Under the pieces are notes generated by a model. The model was not told the origin of the DNA. It saw nothing but the letters and a program-made list of their open reading frames with translations, and did no database searches. Both the position numbers and the translations under genes were made by a program. This document shows, one piece after another, positions 29,501 to 39,028 of a stretch of 64,000 nt of DNA; position 1 is the stretch's first letter; every line of letters starts with the position of its first letter. The DNA comes from a virus: positions 5,680 to 69,679 of IMG/VR virus record IMGVR_UViG_3300013131_000041. One strand, given 5' to 3'.

Positions 29501-32500
29501 AGATACCCCTGCAAATCCATCATTCCAGTTCCAATCTTGGCAAGTATTGTCAGCGTCCGAAATACAAAAAGGTCTATTGCCTAATTTTAGCACAATCGCT
29601 GTGCAAAGTCAAGGATATTATGATAGCTATGCTAAGATACGCGACAAGGAACAACTAGCATATAGCCACGCACTTATAGGTTTTAGAGAGCGTCAATACC
29701 TTACTGATTTGGGCTTAACAGAAACAAGTCAAATTGAATTCTATAAAGGCTATATTGCGCAAAAAGGCAGCAAGAATGCTGTCGATGCGTTTACTAAAGC
29801 AACTATTAACAATTTAACCAGCAACATTGCCTTATACGAAGAATGGGCAGTACGTGTGGGTGAGTATGGCGCATTAACTAGCAACCCGTTTGTTGAGATT
29901 GCGCTTGATGAGAACATATTCGGTGTGAACCCAAGCGTGGCACGCTTTGTGGACCCAGCAGATAACAATATTGCTGATGGTATTAGTGTGTTTAATAGCA
30001 GCCAATTGTATAAATCTTATGGTTCTTACACTGCTAATATCGCATTATACAGAACAGAAAATAGCATTGTAGACAATGATATTCCTACAGCAGGATATGT
30101 GAATATCAATGATGTTGACACGCAGATATTTGATCTAACTAACTACACAGATCTAGATGGTAAAATTGGTAGCATGGGCAGTGGTTACTTAATTTGGGTA
30201 GCCAAAGACTTTACGCAAAATTGGAATGTATATCGTGTAACAGAAACAAACAATCATGTTACCGCAGTATCAAATAGCCTAAACGGTTATATTACATTCA
30301 CCACAGATAATCCACATGGTTTTACCAAGTACAATGTATTTTTAGTTAAAGGATTTGATGCGCAGTTTGATGGGTTCTATCAAGTATTACAAGTCACATC
30401 AGCATCAAATATGCTGGTAAAATATCACGGCCCTGTGACAGATATTGCTAGCCTAACAACTCAATCTGGCAAAGGTATACTGTTCCGTATGGATAGTATG
30501 CGCTTTAGATACATGGAAGACAGTCGTATTTACGGTTTAGATAATCCACCTAACGGTTGGCGTGTAGGCGACAAAATTTGGATCGATAACGACGCACAAA
30601 CATCAGCAGTGCAAGGTCAACCATTTGGTACACAACCTAGCGGTACATGGAAGGTATATGAAAAACAATACCCATGGGTCGTGGGACAAGAGGTACAAAA
30701 AGGCATCAGTGAATATAACGCTGCTGACCAATTTGGTACTAGTTTGCGCATGAGTGCAGATGGTTTAAGTGTAGTTGTCGGAGCTCCGGGTACGAACTCT
30801 AATGTTGGCCAAGTAAGCACATTCCTTAAAGATTTTGAAGGTAATCTAGTAGAAGGATTTACATTAAATCCTGCATCATCGTTGTCATCAAACACTTATG
30901 CGTTTGGTCATACTGTTGATCTAGCAACCGATGAGATTAAGACTCTTAAACTAGCGGTAGGCGCACCTAACAGCTGGTCTGGTAACGGATATGTTTATGT
31001 ATACGATAAAACAATTACTAGCCAAACCTTTGAGCGCAGTCAGGTTATTGTTGGTAATGTAGCTGATCAGTTTGGCTACAGTTTATCATTTAATCAAACA
31101 GGCGAGTGGTTATACATTGGCGCACCTGGCAACAATACTGTATACGCTTATGGATTAAATCGTTTTGTTCCTACACAAAGTCAGGTAACATCTATAAACA
31201 ACAAATACACAATGTATTTGAGCAGTAATATTGGGTCAATTAATGCTGGCGACACTGTTATACAAGCAAACACTGGTGCACGTGCAACAGTGGTGAGTGT
31301 AAACTCTTATACTGAATTAGTCGTTGATACTCTTACTAACTTTGTGTCTGCAATAAATGGGTCAGATGGCAACGTTGCTTTAGGTAACGTAACGATTCTT
31401 GCTAACCTAAGTGTTGTGAGCAGTGGTAACCTTGCTGTAAAAACAGTTTACCCATTTAACTTTGCAAGTAACGCGGTAACAAATACAGTTAATTTAACGT
31501 TCACTCCTGATGCTGGCATCGCTGGAGACGCAAACAGTCTATTAGTAACTACAGCAGATAAATTGTATATTCCTGATGTTGATTATGTATTTGAATACAA
31601 TAACAATAGAATTAGATTTATTAATAACGGCGACACTACAAGTAATGCTAATATTGCGGCAACTACCGTCACTATTACTCAACGTCCGTACTATACGTTA
31701 GTTCAAGAGCTACCAATTCCTACAGGAAATAGCTGGGCACAATATGGTTTTGCACTATCAAGCAGTTATAATGGCGCACAACTAGCAGTTGGTGCACCTG
31801 GAGATACTGTAGCAGACAATGACGGTGTATTACAACCAGGTGCTGGTAGCGTTTATGTGTTTGATCGTGTGATTGAAGCATTTAACACTGTCACTGATGC
31901 GATTGCTGGTACAGGTGGGCGCGATTATCAAACAGAAAATGATATACTTAGCGTATATAAAGTGACAATCAGCGGCATTGAAGTTAACGACTATACTGTA
32001 GTTGGTACAAATATTATTAGATTTATTAACCCACCAGCAATTGGTCAAACGATCTTTGTTGAAGTAAACAAATTTAATCTACTAGAACGCTTAATTGGTG
32101 TAGATAGTTTAACAGGCGGATTATCAGCTATCCAAGCAAATGCTGCATTTGGCACAAGTTTAACAATTTGTTCTAACAACTGTGCGATTTACATTGGTGC
32201 ACCATACTACGATAACGGCACTGAATATAACAGCGGTGCTGTGTGGAAATTCCACAATCGAGGTAGATTGTATGGTACCGACACTGGCTATGTACAAAAT
32301 CCAGAATTTACCCCAATTAATACGATCCGCTTAAACAACTTTGAAGTTCGTATTAATCTTGGTCTCGAAGCTAACTTAACGGTTGCTGCAGGCGATTGGA
32401 TTACACAGCCTAGCACTGGTGCAAATGTCCAAGTATTAGAAAGCACAACAGGTAACTATATTAAAGTTTCTAAATACCAAAACGCTAATGTGTTTGATAT

Positions 32501-35500
32501 TGGTGCTAATGTCGCAGTTAACAGTGCGTGGCCTACAAGTAACGTAGCAGTGCGCTTAACATCACTTGATGAATTTGTAGGAGATATTAACAGTGCTAAC
32601 ATTTTTGGTGTTACTGCTACTAATGTCAACGGCTACTTACGTTTAGATTCAGACGTTACTGTGGCTAAAGATCAATTACGTATTCTATCAGGCACATTGT
32701 ATGATGGTGCTGGCCCATTAGCTGAAGCTGAAATGATCGTGTTTGCATTCATGCAGATTATTGTAAACCCATTTGGTCTACCTGGTGAATACTTTGGCAA
32801 CAAAGTTAAATTAGCAAGCAACGCATACATGTTGATTATTGGCAGTGCTCGTGGCACTACTAAAAACTTTACAACATTTGATGTAAGCACTACAGAAAAT
32901 GGCACAGTAATTGATTACAACACTACTAGATTCCACGATAGTATTCCGGGCAGTGGTAGTGTTTATGTCTACGAATTGTATGATGATCCTCGCGATGCTG
33001 TAGAAAATCCAGGCCGCTATGCTTTTGCTCAACAGTTAGATCCAGGAAGTCTAGTACAAGGCGGCCAATTTGGCTATGCACTAGATATTGAAAATAATTC
33101 TATTACTATTAGTGCTCCCGGTGCAACTGTAGACGGAGCGCCAGACGGTTCAGGCACAGTGTACGTGTTTAATAATCCCACAGGCGGCCGTGGTTGGAAT
33201 CTAATTCGCTACCAAGAAAAGCGTGTTGATTTAGACAGCGTAACACGTGCTTACCTGTATAACAGCCAAACCAATTTAATTGAAAATAATTTACAATTCA
33301 TTGATCCTGCTAAAGGACGTATACTTGGCCAAGCTGAACAAGAAATTAGTTTTAAAACAGAATACGATCCTGCAATTTATAACCGTGGCTTTAACCCTAA
33401 GGCTGACATCAATCAAAATGTTTACTGGGGTGAAAACTACGTGAGTCAAGTATGGTGGAACTTGAGTAAAGTTCGCTATGTTGATTACGAACAAGATACT
33501 TTAGTATACCGCAGTCTACACTGGGGCAACTTGTTTGAAGGTAGCTCAATTGAAGTAAATGAATGGGTTAAAAGTTCAGTCCTACCAAGCCAATATGTAG
33601 AGTTTGGCAGCGACGGCGTGCCGTTATATGCAGACGATAGTGCTTACGTTGAGGAAATATTTGTAGACCCAACAACTAATATTATTACAAATAATTATTA
33701 TTTCTGGGTGACAAATAAAACCACAGTGGATCCAAACAACCCAGCACGTAATATGCCTACTACTGCTATTGCTGATTTTATTAGCAATCCTAAAAACCAA
33801 GGCATACCATACGCAGCTATTATCCGCGGTGACGCTCTGGCATTCTACAATGTTGCAAATTACCTAAGTGCCGACAACGCAATCTTACACTTAGATCATC
33901 AATTGGCTATCAATACAGATATTATTCACAGTGAATACGAACTAGTACAAAAAGGAAATCCTAATAATCCTATTCCAACTAAGTTAGTTAATAAACTTAT
34001 TGACAGCCTAGCAGGCATTGATAGTATAGGATCAACAGTGCCAGATCCGGCGCTTAGCCTGGCTGATCGCTACGGTATTAATGTTCGACCTCGACAAAGT
34101 ATGTTTGTGGATAGACTACAAGCAATTAACGAACTAGTACAATATGCAAACAGCATATTTGTTGATAATCCTATTAGTGAACAGTTTGACCTAACAGGAT
34201 TAAATGCTCAAGAGGCCGAACCCAACTTTAAATTGGGTGAGTATGATCAAGCCGTTACAACTGATGCAGAATTATCATACATTGACACAACATCATTGAC
34301 TCCAGGATACCTAGTGTTAGTAAAAACTGACACAACACAAAATGGTCTATGGGTTTTATACGAACTGTCTGCAGATAAGACCTGGGCAATTTCTCGAGTG
34401 CAGAGTTATAAAACAAGTCTATACTGGAATTATGCCGATTGGTATGCAACTGGTTATACTAGTGCAACTAAACCTGATTTTAGCGTTGAAACTACAGTTG
34501 ATGCACTAAAACTTGCAGGTACTGTGGGCACAGTAATTTACATCCGTAACGCTACAGGTAATAATACTTGGCAGTTAGTTGAAGCAGATGTTGATAATAC
34601 TTTAAAAGTTGTGGGTATTCAAAACGGTACAATTCAGTTAGACACTAGTTTAGGCAACTACGCTAGTAATGAGTTAGGTTTTGGCAATCAAGACTTTGAC
34701 AGTAAACGTTACGACCAAAACCCAAATAACGAAATTCGTGCAGTGGTATCGGCGTTGTATAACGATATCTTTATCAACACACTACAAGGTGAATTTAACA
34801 ACTTGTTCTTTACATTGGTAAATTATTTACTGACTGAACAGACTTATGTTGATTGGCTATTCAAATCAAGTTTCATCAGTATTACTCATAAACTAAGAAC
34901 CTTAAGCCAATTCCCGAGCTATGTAGTAGATAACCAAACTTACTATCAAAATTACATTGAAGAAGTTAAACCGTATCGTACTAAGATACGTGAGTATCTA
35001 TTAGACTACACAGGTGAAGATATATTTGGTGGCGATATTACTGACTTTGATTTGCCAGCATATTATGATACACTTACTAACTATGGTATATTCCGTAGCC
35101 CAAGCGGTGAACAATCTTATGCGGACGAAGATAGTGCCACGTGGCAAACATGGCCATACAATCAATGGTACAATAATCGCACCTTACAGGTATATCAAAT
35201 ACAAATTGAAAATGCAGGTGCTAACTACGTAACACCTCCTACAGTAACTATTACTAGTGCTGATGGATACGGTAGTGGTGCAACTGCTGAAGCAATTATT
35301 GATGGAAACACTGGTGCAATTAGTAATATTGCAGTAACTAATAGCGGCATCGGGTATATCACCACACCAATAGTAACTATCAACGGTAGCTCTACAGAAA
35401 GTGCAACTGCGTACCCAGTGATGTACAATCCTATGGTACGTACCTTTGACAGTAAACTAAAATTCGACCGTGTAAAATATACAAGTAACGTTAAAGTTTG

Positions 35501-37262
35501 GTCAGCAAATACTGTTTACTACAAAACAGAATTTGATGCTAACGGCCAAATTTCAAGCGGCGATATTGTAACATACGCATTCCAAGACGGCAACGTAATG
35601 ATACGCAAAGCCTACTTTATAAATGCAAATATTACAACAAGCACACAGTTTATTCCAAGTGATTACACAGTATGCCCACCAAGCTTCTTTGACAATGCTA
35701 ACGATCGTATTGTGGGGTACTATGAACCTGCAGATACTATGCCAGCTGTAGACACGATTCAAACAGCAATCACAGTAGCAAATGCAGCCACAACTACTGA
35801 TACTATCTATGTGTACAATGCATCAAGCCTTGCTAAAAACATGTACATCAGTGAAAGTAACGTTGCGGCTGGTTATGTTACAGGCATAATTAGTAACGTA
35901 AATATGCAGGTGAACAGCCTAGGATACTTCTTCGGTAATCTATCTAACAATAGATCGTCGATTGAAGGCATCTCAAACATGAGCGGGCTACAAGTAGGAC
36001 AATATGTTACAGGCGCTAACATTGGATTTGAAGCTACTATTGTAAGTATTAATACTACAACTAATAGCGTCAACTTAACAGATACAGTTAGTGGCAACGT
36101 AACATTGGCTAACATTAGTTTCGGCGGTATACCTATTAAAGTTACACAGGTTAAATTAACAACCAACGTAACCCTAGATACCGACACTACAATCTATGCT
36201 CGTTATGATAGCTTAGAGCAACTTGTACCTGGGGTAACGTACCCAACAGCAGTAACGCAAAGTGCGCCATTTAAACTAAATCCGTTATTTGGCCGTAGCT
36301 GGGATATTGCTCCATTTGACCCTGTGCAATACAGCAAAGATGGTATAGCGTTGCTGTCATCAAGCGTATACGATCAAGCAATATACAGCTTGTATGCTAA
36401 CTTAGCATTAGGTACACGTCCAGAGGACATTATTACAGCAGGCGGTCAGTTCATTGACACATATCACAGTTATGCACCAGAAGAGTTAGTTCCTGGTATC
36501 ACGTTTGATACGTTGGATATGCGTGTTTATACTAAGATTGAAAATGGTGCAAATATTGTAGCTTATCGATACTTTGATAACATGATCAATCAGCCCGACC
36601 TATTGAGAATTGACGGTAGTGCTATTACTAAACTTGAAATTCCGTTGGCTATAACTGATAGTAACATCTATGTAACTGACGCAAGTATACTATATACACC
36701 TAATCCAACTTTCCTACGTCCTGGTGTGGTGTTTATCAATGGTGAACGTATTACATACTATAAGAAAACTATCTACACACCAACTGCGTGGTCTGCTAAT
36801 ACAGCCTACGTTGCAGGTTCGGCAATTAGTAATGATGGTACAAACTATATAGTAATCGGCAACGTGGTCGCTAATGCTTGGAGTTATGTAAATTCTGCCA
36901 ACGTGCAAGTTCTTCCTGGACTAAACGTTCTGGGTCAATTGATGCGCGGAACACAAGGTACTGCTGCACCGCTAGTCCAACCTTACTGGTCAGATGTTGT
37001 TGATGCTAGCCAAGCTCAACGTGTTCCTGGCACAACATTTGGTAACCTAATGCTTACTGCTAACGTGTTACTAAACAGCGGGTCGGGCACAGCGATTGAC
37101 GGCAGCGGATTAGACGGGTCAACTACTGCTGGTGCAGTATTCCTTAAATCCGGAGTGTTGGGTTCAAGTGTAATCCCAGGCATTAACAATTCGCTAGTAA
37201 CTGAAGATGCGATAAATACGATAACATCAGAAAATGACGATGACCTTTATACTGAGAATTAA
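23517..37262 (+). CDS. Giant (4581 aa) baseplate/virion structural protein in the gp7 position, with FG-GAP-like propeller and carbohydrate-binding-like modules
   Basis: Single 13.7-kb ORF directly after gp6. Seven FG....GAP-type repeats, W.....Y..GD.V.Y motifs, and YIEEVKPYRTK near the C-terminus. Confidence 0.75.
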   Translation: MATRKTYKFLPSVFQSDANKKFLSATVDQLVTDPNLDTLYGYVGRKFAPTYKSSDSYVTETDPLRQNYQLEPGVVIRDENNNITFVADYPDLLDKISYYGGLTNNHSRLFEQEYYTFDPKISYDKLVNFSQYYWLPNGPDAVEVNSSGVDITATYTVTRDGANGRYIFKNNGVVDNSIIFAHGGVYQFVVDQPGYPFWIQTELGVDGVVSATPTLSSRDIYGVDNNGTDQGTITFRVPQTYAQDRWVNMPTVFSADYATPIPYYKLANRTLSQFLAEYPQYAGITGQLNGKYTIFTEVSTWTSVGEDAWTNPAVIDSDGDVVPGYSAGDVIAEAERYDVWRVVYVDIGQKLKLDAPVAANITAGTSLTVGTQLTSLLYDAVVGQEYVYVPNTFTASVAEVVKRTDVVTALSATTSGTNEITVTSTAGLVPDMPIVFIGAPTVGGIVSGTTYYVKDVVNLTTLTISETVGGSEYALTNDTGIMDVTASYTDIPAGAAITAIAKGDPLLKLVHEQTVAVDEKVYIRFGVQNTNKEYYKDYDGFFYETPVITAQSDQLWIQDGVSARIYSPIKIIDYAGWNIDVENDIIGQLNYTSPNSVEFTSGLKVQFGDDVIPASYQNRQFYVEQVGDTTDGIQLVPVDELVTPESYNDEITTNYPGEFFPDYITVNRANKARNAWARNNRWFHIDVITATAAYNSTVPTFDNGIRGQRPIVQFEANYQLYNDGRVAKAPIDILDTSITSAFTQLQGQTYTSIFGIEIINSNGDIVYPNGLRVVFAADEDPLVKNKIYVLTVVQYDVDDYGNPTGTKYIELTKADDGDIIAYNTTVVKLGSYKGSQWWFDGINWNSSQQKTYLQQPPLFDVLDATGKSLSAYTRSTFTGTQLFGYVRATTGTTDSVLSRGPVAPVYDSDNNAITNFYLSYKNFTTQGDIKFENFFNTDTFSYVDSSSSIVTKNINLGYLQKVVDSQTLIPKNTWLTVPEHSKQYQLFSFVYATGNNPFTIDITPTGNERTIPYVKVFQNFAYLNPATDWTISDKTITILTPLTVDDQIDILVYSSEISASAFYQVPQNLDLNAQNIDIDMLTLGQLRNHLVVIAENSTILEGEVLAQSNLRDIDVKQQGGTILKHSAPIPYASLFLIDKQANIISSIRFAQQEYSKFKNKFLELAVSLVGVDPTDPVASVDLILNKINLVKNKNFPWYYSDMVPYGPLKNIVGQIGAIDGFEVFDPLKLNYEITNIFNDQQLSNRAILVYLNNQQLVKGVDYSFRTDTPSIDFTITLTVGDIIKIVEYSNTDGNYIPETPSKLGLWPSFVPEIFVDDTYRTATTVLRGHDGSITPTFGDYRDEFLLELEKRIYNNIKLPANTSFGDIFSVVPGKFRAGDYTINEINQILGDPFMSWIGNNNLDYTLNDTFDSNDPFTWNYSKSYDRIDGETLPGSWRACYQYFYDTYRPHLTPWEMLGFTSEPSWWEGYYGAAPYTGANKFMWDDLEAGYIRAGDRRGVDLNYARPGLSTIIPIDENGNLISVASLLCRTFNSRNSGSAWAVGQQGPVEFAWRISSEFPFAVQQALALTKPAKYFGTLIDVYNYTPLNSLYSQSTDAEGVVSANEQYLMADTNKQITQGVIDYNGNITSGIINRTAGYLNWIVDYLINQGVNPNTYLLPMLRNYQVNLTYKVGGYTDQKFLQVLAEQVSPTSTNDSILVPNENYNVYLNEKPVPVDDISYSAVIIEKTTNGYSVRGYDLTKSYFTIIPSIVNNNASRITVLNRSATIYKDYQNLLMNVPYGYEFTSTQQIADFLISYERYLMAQGWTFTETEPQLEQLKDWKLSVREFLYWAQQGWTAGSILVVSPVSSTINAVTSGAVTAGIEDAQYSSKVVDQNFNLVKNNNYSVYRTPTEFRLNLQDPASVIGYVEVDLVRYEHTLVFDNTTVFNDVIYQPESGNRQFRLKLIGQRTANWDGSLSPEGYVYNSGVVDVWNQGQDYLKGDLVTYKGQYYTALIDTPANPSFQFQSWQVLSASEIQKGLLPNFSTIAVQSQGYYDSYAKIRDKEQLAYSHALIGFRERQYLTDLGLTETSQIEFYKGYIAQKGSKNAVDAFTKATINNLTSNIALYEEWAVRVGEYGALTSNPFVEIALDENIFGVNPSVARFVDPADNNIADGISVFNSSQLYKSYGSYTANIALYRTENSIVDNDIPTAGYVNINDVDTQIFDLTNYTDLDGKIGSMGSGYLIWVAKDFTQNWNVYRVTETNNHVTAVSNSLNGYITFTTDNPHGFTKYNVFLVKGFDAQFDGFYQVLQVTSASNMLVKYHGPVTDIASLTTQSGKGILFRMDSMRFRYMEDSRIYGLDNPPNGWRVGDKIWIDNDAQTSAVQGQPFGTQPSGTWKVYEKQYPWVVGQEVQKGISEYNAADQFGTSLRMSADGLSVVVGAPGTNSNVGQVSTFLKDFEGNLVEGFTLNPASSLSSNTYAFGHTVDLATDEIKTLKLAVGAPNSWSGNGYVYVYDKTITSQTFERSQVIVGNVADQFGYSLSFNQTGEWLYIGAPGNNTVYAYGLNRFVPTQSQVTSINNKYTMYLSSNIGSINAGDTVIQANTGARATVVSVNSYTELVVDTLTNFVSAINGSDGNVALGNVTILANLSVVSSGNLAVKTVYPFNFASNAVTNTVNLTFTPDAGIAGDANSLLVTTADKLYIPDVDYVFEYNNNRIRFINNGDTTSNANIAATTVTITQRPYYTLVQELPIPTGNSWAQYGFALSSSYNGAQLAVGAPGDTVADNDGVLQPGAGSVYVFDRVIEAFNTVTDAIAGTGGRDYQTENDILSVYKVTISGIEVNDYTVVGTNIIRFINPPAIGQTIFVEVNKFNLLERLIGVDSLTGGLSAIQANAAFGTSLTICSNNCAIYIGAPYYDNGTEYNSGAVWKFHNRGRLYGTDTGYVQNPEFTPINTIRLNNFEVRINLGLEANLTVAAGDWITQPSTGANVQVLESTTGNYIKVSKYQNANVFDIGANVAVNSAWPTSNVAVRLTSLDEFVGDINSANIFGVTATNVNGYLRLDSDVTVAKDQLRILSGTLYDGAGPLAEAEMIVFAFMQIIVNPFGLPGEYFGNKVKLASNAYMLIIGSARGTTKNFTTFDVSTTENGTVIDYNTTRFHDSIPGSGSVYVYELYDDPRDAVENPGRYAFAQQLDPGSLVQGGQFGYALDIENNSITISAPGATVDGAPDGSGTVYVFNNPTGGRGWNLIRYQEKRVDLDSVTRAYLYNSQTNLIENNLQFIDPAKGRILGQAEQEISFKTEYDPAIYNRGFNPKADINQNVYWGENYVSQVWWNLSKVRYVDYEQDTLVYRSLHWGNLFEGSSIEVNEWVKSSVLPSQYVEFGSDGVPLYADDSAYVEEIFVDPTTNIITNNYYFWVTNKTTVDPNNPARNMPTTAIADFISNPKNQGIPYAAIIRGDALAFYNVANYLSADNAILHLDHQLAINTDIIHSEYELVQKGNPNNPIPTKLVNKLIDSLAGIDSIGSTVPDPALSLADRYGINVRPRQSMFVDRLQAINELVQYANSIFVDNPISEQFDLTGLNAQEAEPNFKLGEYDQAVTTDAELSYIDTTSLTPGYLVLVKTDTTQNGLWVLYELSADKTWAISRVQSYKTSLYWNYADWYATGYTSATKPDFSVETTVDALKLAGTVGTVIYIRNATGNNTWQLVEADVDNTLKVVGIQNGTIQLDTSLGNYASNELGFGNQDFDSKRYDQNPNNEIRAVVSALYNDIFINTLQGEFNNLFFTLVNYLLTEQTYVDWLFKSSFISITHKLRTLSQFPSYVVDNQTYYQNYIEEVKPYRTKIREYLLDYTGEDIFGGDITDFDLPAYYDTLTNYGIFRSPSGEQSYADEDSATWQTWPYNQWYNNRTLQVYQIQIENAGANYVTPPTVTITSADGYGSGATAEAIIDGNTGAISNIAVTNSGIGYITTPIVTINGSSTESATAYPVMYNPMVRTFDSKLKFDRVKYTSNVKVWSANTVYYKTEFDANGQISSGDIVTYAFQDGNVMIRKAYFINANITTSTQFIPSDYTVCPPSFFDNANDRIVGYYEPADTMPAVDTIQTAITVANAATTTDTIYVYNASSLAKNMYISESNVAAGYVTGIISNVNMQVNSLGYFFGNLSNNRSSIEGISNMSGLQVGQYVTGANIGFEATIVSINTTTNSVNLTDTVSGNVTLANISFGGIPIKVTQVKLTTNVTLDTDTTIYARYDSLEQLVPGVTYPTAVTQSAPFKLNPLFGRSWDIAPFDPVQYSKDGIALLSSSVYDQAIYSLYANLALGTRPEDIITAGGQFIDTYHSYAPEELVPGITFDTLDMRVYTKIENGANIVAYRYFDNMINQPDLLRIDGSAITKLEIPLAITDSNIYVTDASILYTPNPTFLRPGVVFINGERITYYKKTIYTPTAWSANTAYVAGSAISNDGTNYIVIGNVVANAWSYVNSANVQVLPGLNVLGQLMRGTQGTAAPLVQPYWSDVVDASQAQRVPGTTFGNLMLTANVLLNSGSGTAIDGSGLDGSTTAGAVFLKSGVLGSSVIPGINNSLVTEDAINTITSENDDDLYTEN

Positions 37263-37265
37263 TTT

Positions 37266-38864
37266 ATGTCTATTAAAATAACGCAATTAGGAAATTTAAC
37301 CGGAGTTTACGGTAATACTATTATACCAGTAGTAGCAAATGTCGCAGGCGACTGGACTACTGTAAAAGGTAATTTAACACAGTTTGGTACATATATAAAC
37401 CAAGCAGAAATTCCGTATGGTAATATCATTCCTGTAGCTGATGCTGTTTATAGTTTAGGAACACCGTCATATCGCTTTAAAGATTTATATTTGCTAGGAT
37501 CCACAATTTATTTAGGCAATGCTACTATTTCTATAGCAAATGCAGCTATTACTGCGTCACTGCCAATTACTGCATCGTCAGTTAATGCAAGTAACATAAA
37601 TGTTACTAACGAACTTAATGTTAGCAATCTATCTGTTACCTCAATAACCACAACAGATCTTACTACAACCGGAACAGTTACAGCGTCTGAGATTTCTGCA
37701 ACCGGTAATATAACAGCAGGCACAGTAACCACGTCTAACATTAGTGTAAGTGGTGAGTTAACTGCATCAAACTTAGCGGTATCGGGTAACACAATTAACG
37801 TAGGTAGCGCAGTACTTGATGTATCAACTGGTGCGTTACAAAGTAGTGTGCCAATCGAAGGGAATCTTACTTCAACCGCAAACTTAACTATGCAGGGCAC
37901 ACGTATTGAGTTTGCCCAAGGTGCTTACATTGTTGAAGAAGAAGTTTATGGTAGCCCGGGAGAATTTGCCTTAACATTAACCAGTGCCGAAGATGGTATT
38001 GTTGGTTTAAATGCTATGGATGCTAATGCTAACGTTGTTAGTAGCGTGGTTGTGAGTAACGTAGCTGTACAATTAAATGTAGCAAACATTGATCCGGGTA
38101 CCGGAAATGTTAACGTTTGGTATTTTGACTCGATAGGCGGCGCAATTTTTCCAGACAACACACGACAAGATACTGCATATGATCCATCAGTTGACTATAG
38201 TAATGTTAAAGTTGCATCATATCTATCAAGTCAAAATATTGCAAGTTACAGTAATGTAAACGTTCAATCATTACTTCCATCTTATAGCGGACTTGTTGGA
38301 AATAACATGGAAGTAGGTCTTGCAAATTCTGTGTTTGTATATACACAACTATCAATAGGCGCTATAAGCCCAATTAATTATGCAAATACGGTATTGGCCG
38401 GAACAAATGAGGCCAATGGATATGTGCAATTAAATATCCAAAATATTAATACTGTGGGTAATTTGGTTAGTGCTGATTTTATTGCTACTGCGCCAAATGG
38501 CTCAGATACTACAAACTTCATCGATATGGGTATTAATGGTAACAATTATAGCCAATCGTTTTGGACCATCAGTGGTGCAAATGATGGTTATGTTTTTATC
38601 AATGGTGGACATTTAACATTAGGTACAGATACTCCCAATAAGACAGTTAGTATTCACACTGGTGGGATACTTGCTAATAATATCGTAACTACATTTAGTT
38701 CAAGTAACGTTACAATTAAACCAAACTTAGTGGTAACTAATAGCTATGTGCCATCTCTTGCAAATAGCGCAGGTGTAGCAGGACAAGTTGTGTGGGACAG
38801 TGGCTATGTTTACATTTGTGTGGCAACTAACACGTGGAAACGTGCTAATATCAGCACTTGGTAA
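37266..38864 (+). CDS. Fibre-like virion structural protein, Asn/Ser/Thr-rich
   Basis: IKITQL N-terminus, GNIIP.AD..YSLG.PS.RFKDLYL fibre motif, and C-terminal GVAGQVVWDSGYVYICVATNTWKR. ATAAATA at 37212-37218. Confidence 0.7.
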   Translation: MSIKITQLGNLTGVYGNTIIPVVANVAGDWTTVKGNLTQFGTYINQAEIPYGNIIPVADAVYSLGTPSYRFKDLYLLGSTIYLGNATISIANAAITASLPITASSVNASNINVTNELNVSNLSVTSITTTDLTTTGTVTASEISATGNITAGTVTTSNISVSGELTASNLAVSGNTINVGSAVLDVSTGALQSSVPIEGNLTSTANLTMQGTRIEFAQGAYIVEEEVYGSPGEFALTLTSAEDGIVGLNAMDANANVVSSVVVSNVAVQLNVANIDPGTGNVNVWYFDSIGGAIFPDNTRQDTAYDPSVDYSNVKVASYLSSQNIASYSNVNVQSLLPSYSGLVGNNMEVGLANSVFVYTQLSIGAISPINYANTVLAGTNEANGYVQLNIQNINTVGNLVSADFIATAPNGSDTTNFIDMGINGNNYSQSFWTISGANDGYVFINGGHLTLGTDTPNKTVSIHTGGILANNIVTTFSSSNVTIKPNLVVTNSYVPSLANSAGVAGQVVWDSGYVYICVATNTWKRANISTW

Positions 38865-38899
38865 TAAAAACCATGAATAAAAACGCGATAAATAAGAAT

Positions 38900-39028
38900 A
38901 TGGACGAAAAACAACCTACTCCGCAACCTGAAAAAAATCCGGACGAGAAGAGTGGAATATATGTAGAAGGGCGTATTAAAATATTTGACCCCGAAACAAA
39001 AGAAGTATACGTAAATGGACGAGCATAA
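38900..39028 (+). CDS. Small protein (42 aa) resembling the N-terminus of the next gene product
   Basis: Below the track cut-off. Reads MDEKQPTPQPEKNPDEKSGIYVEGRIKIFDPETKEVYVNGRA*. ATG is 5 nt after TAAATA; the stop abuts ATG 39029. Confidence 0.65.
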   Translation: MDEKQPTPQPEKNPDEKSGIYVEGRIKIFDPETKEVYVNGRA

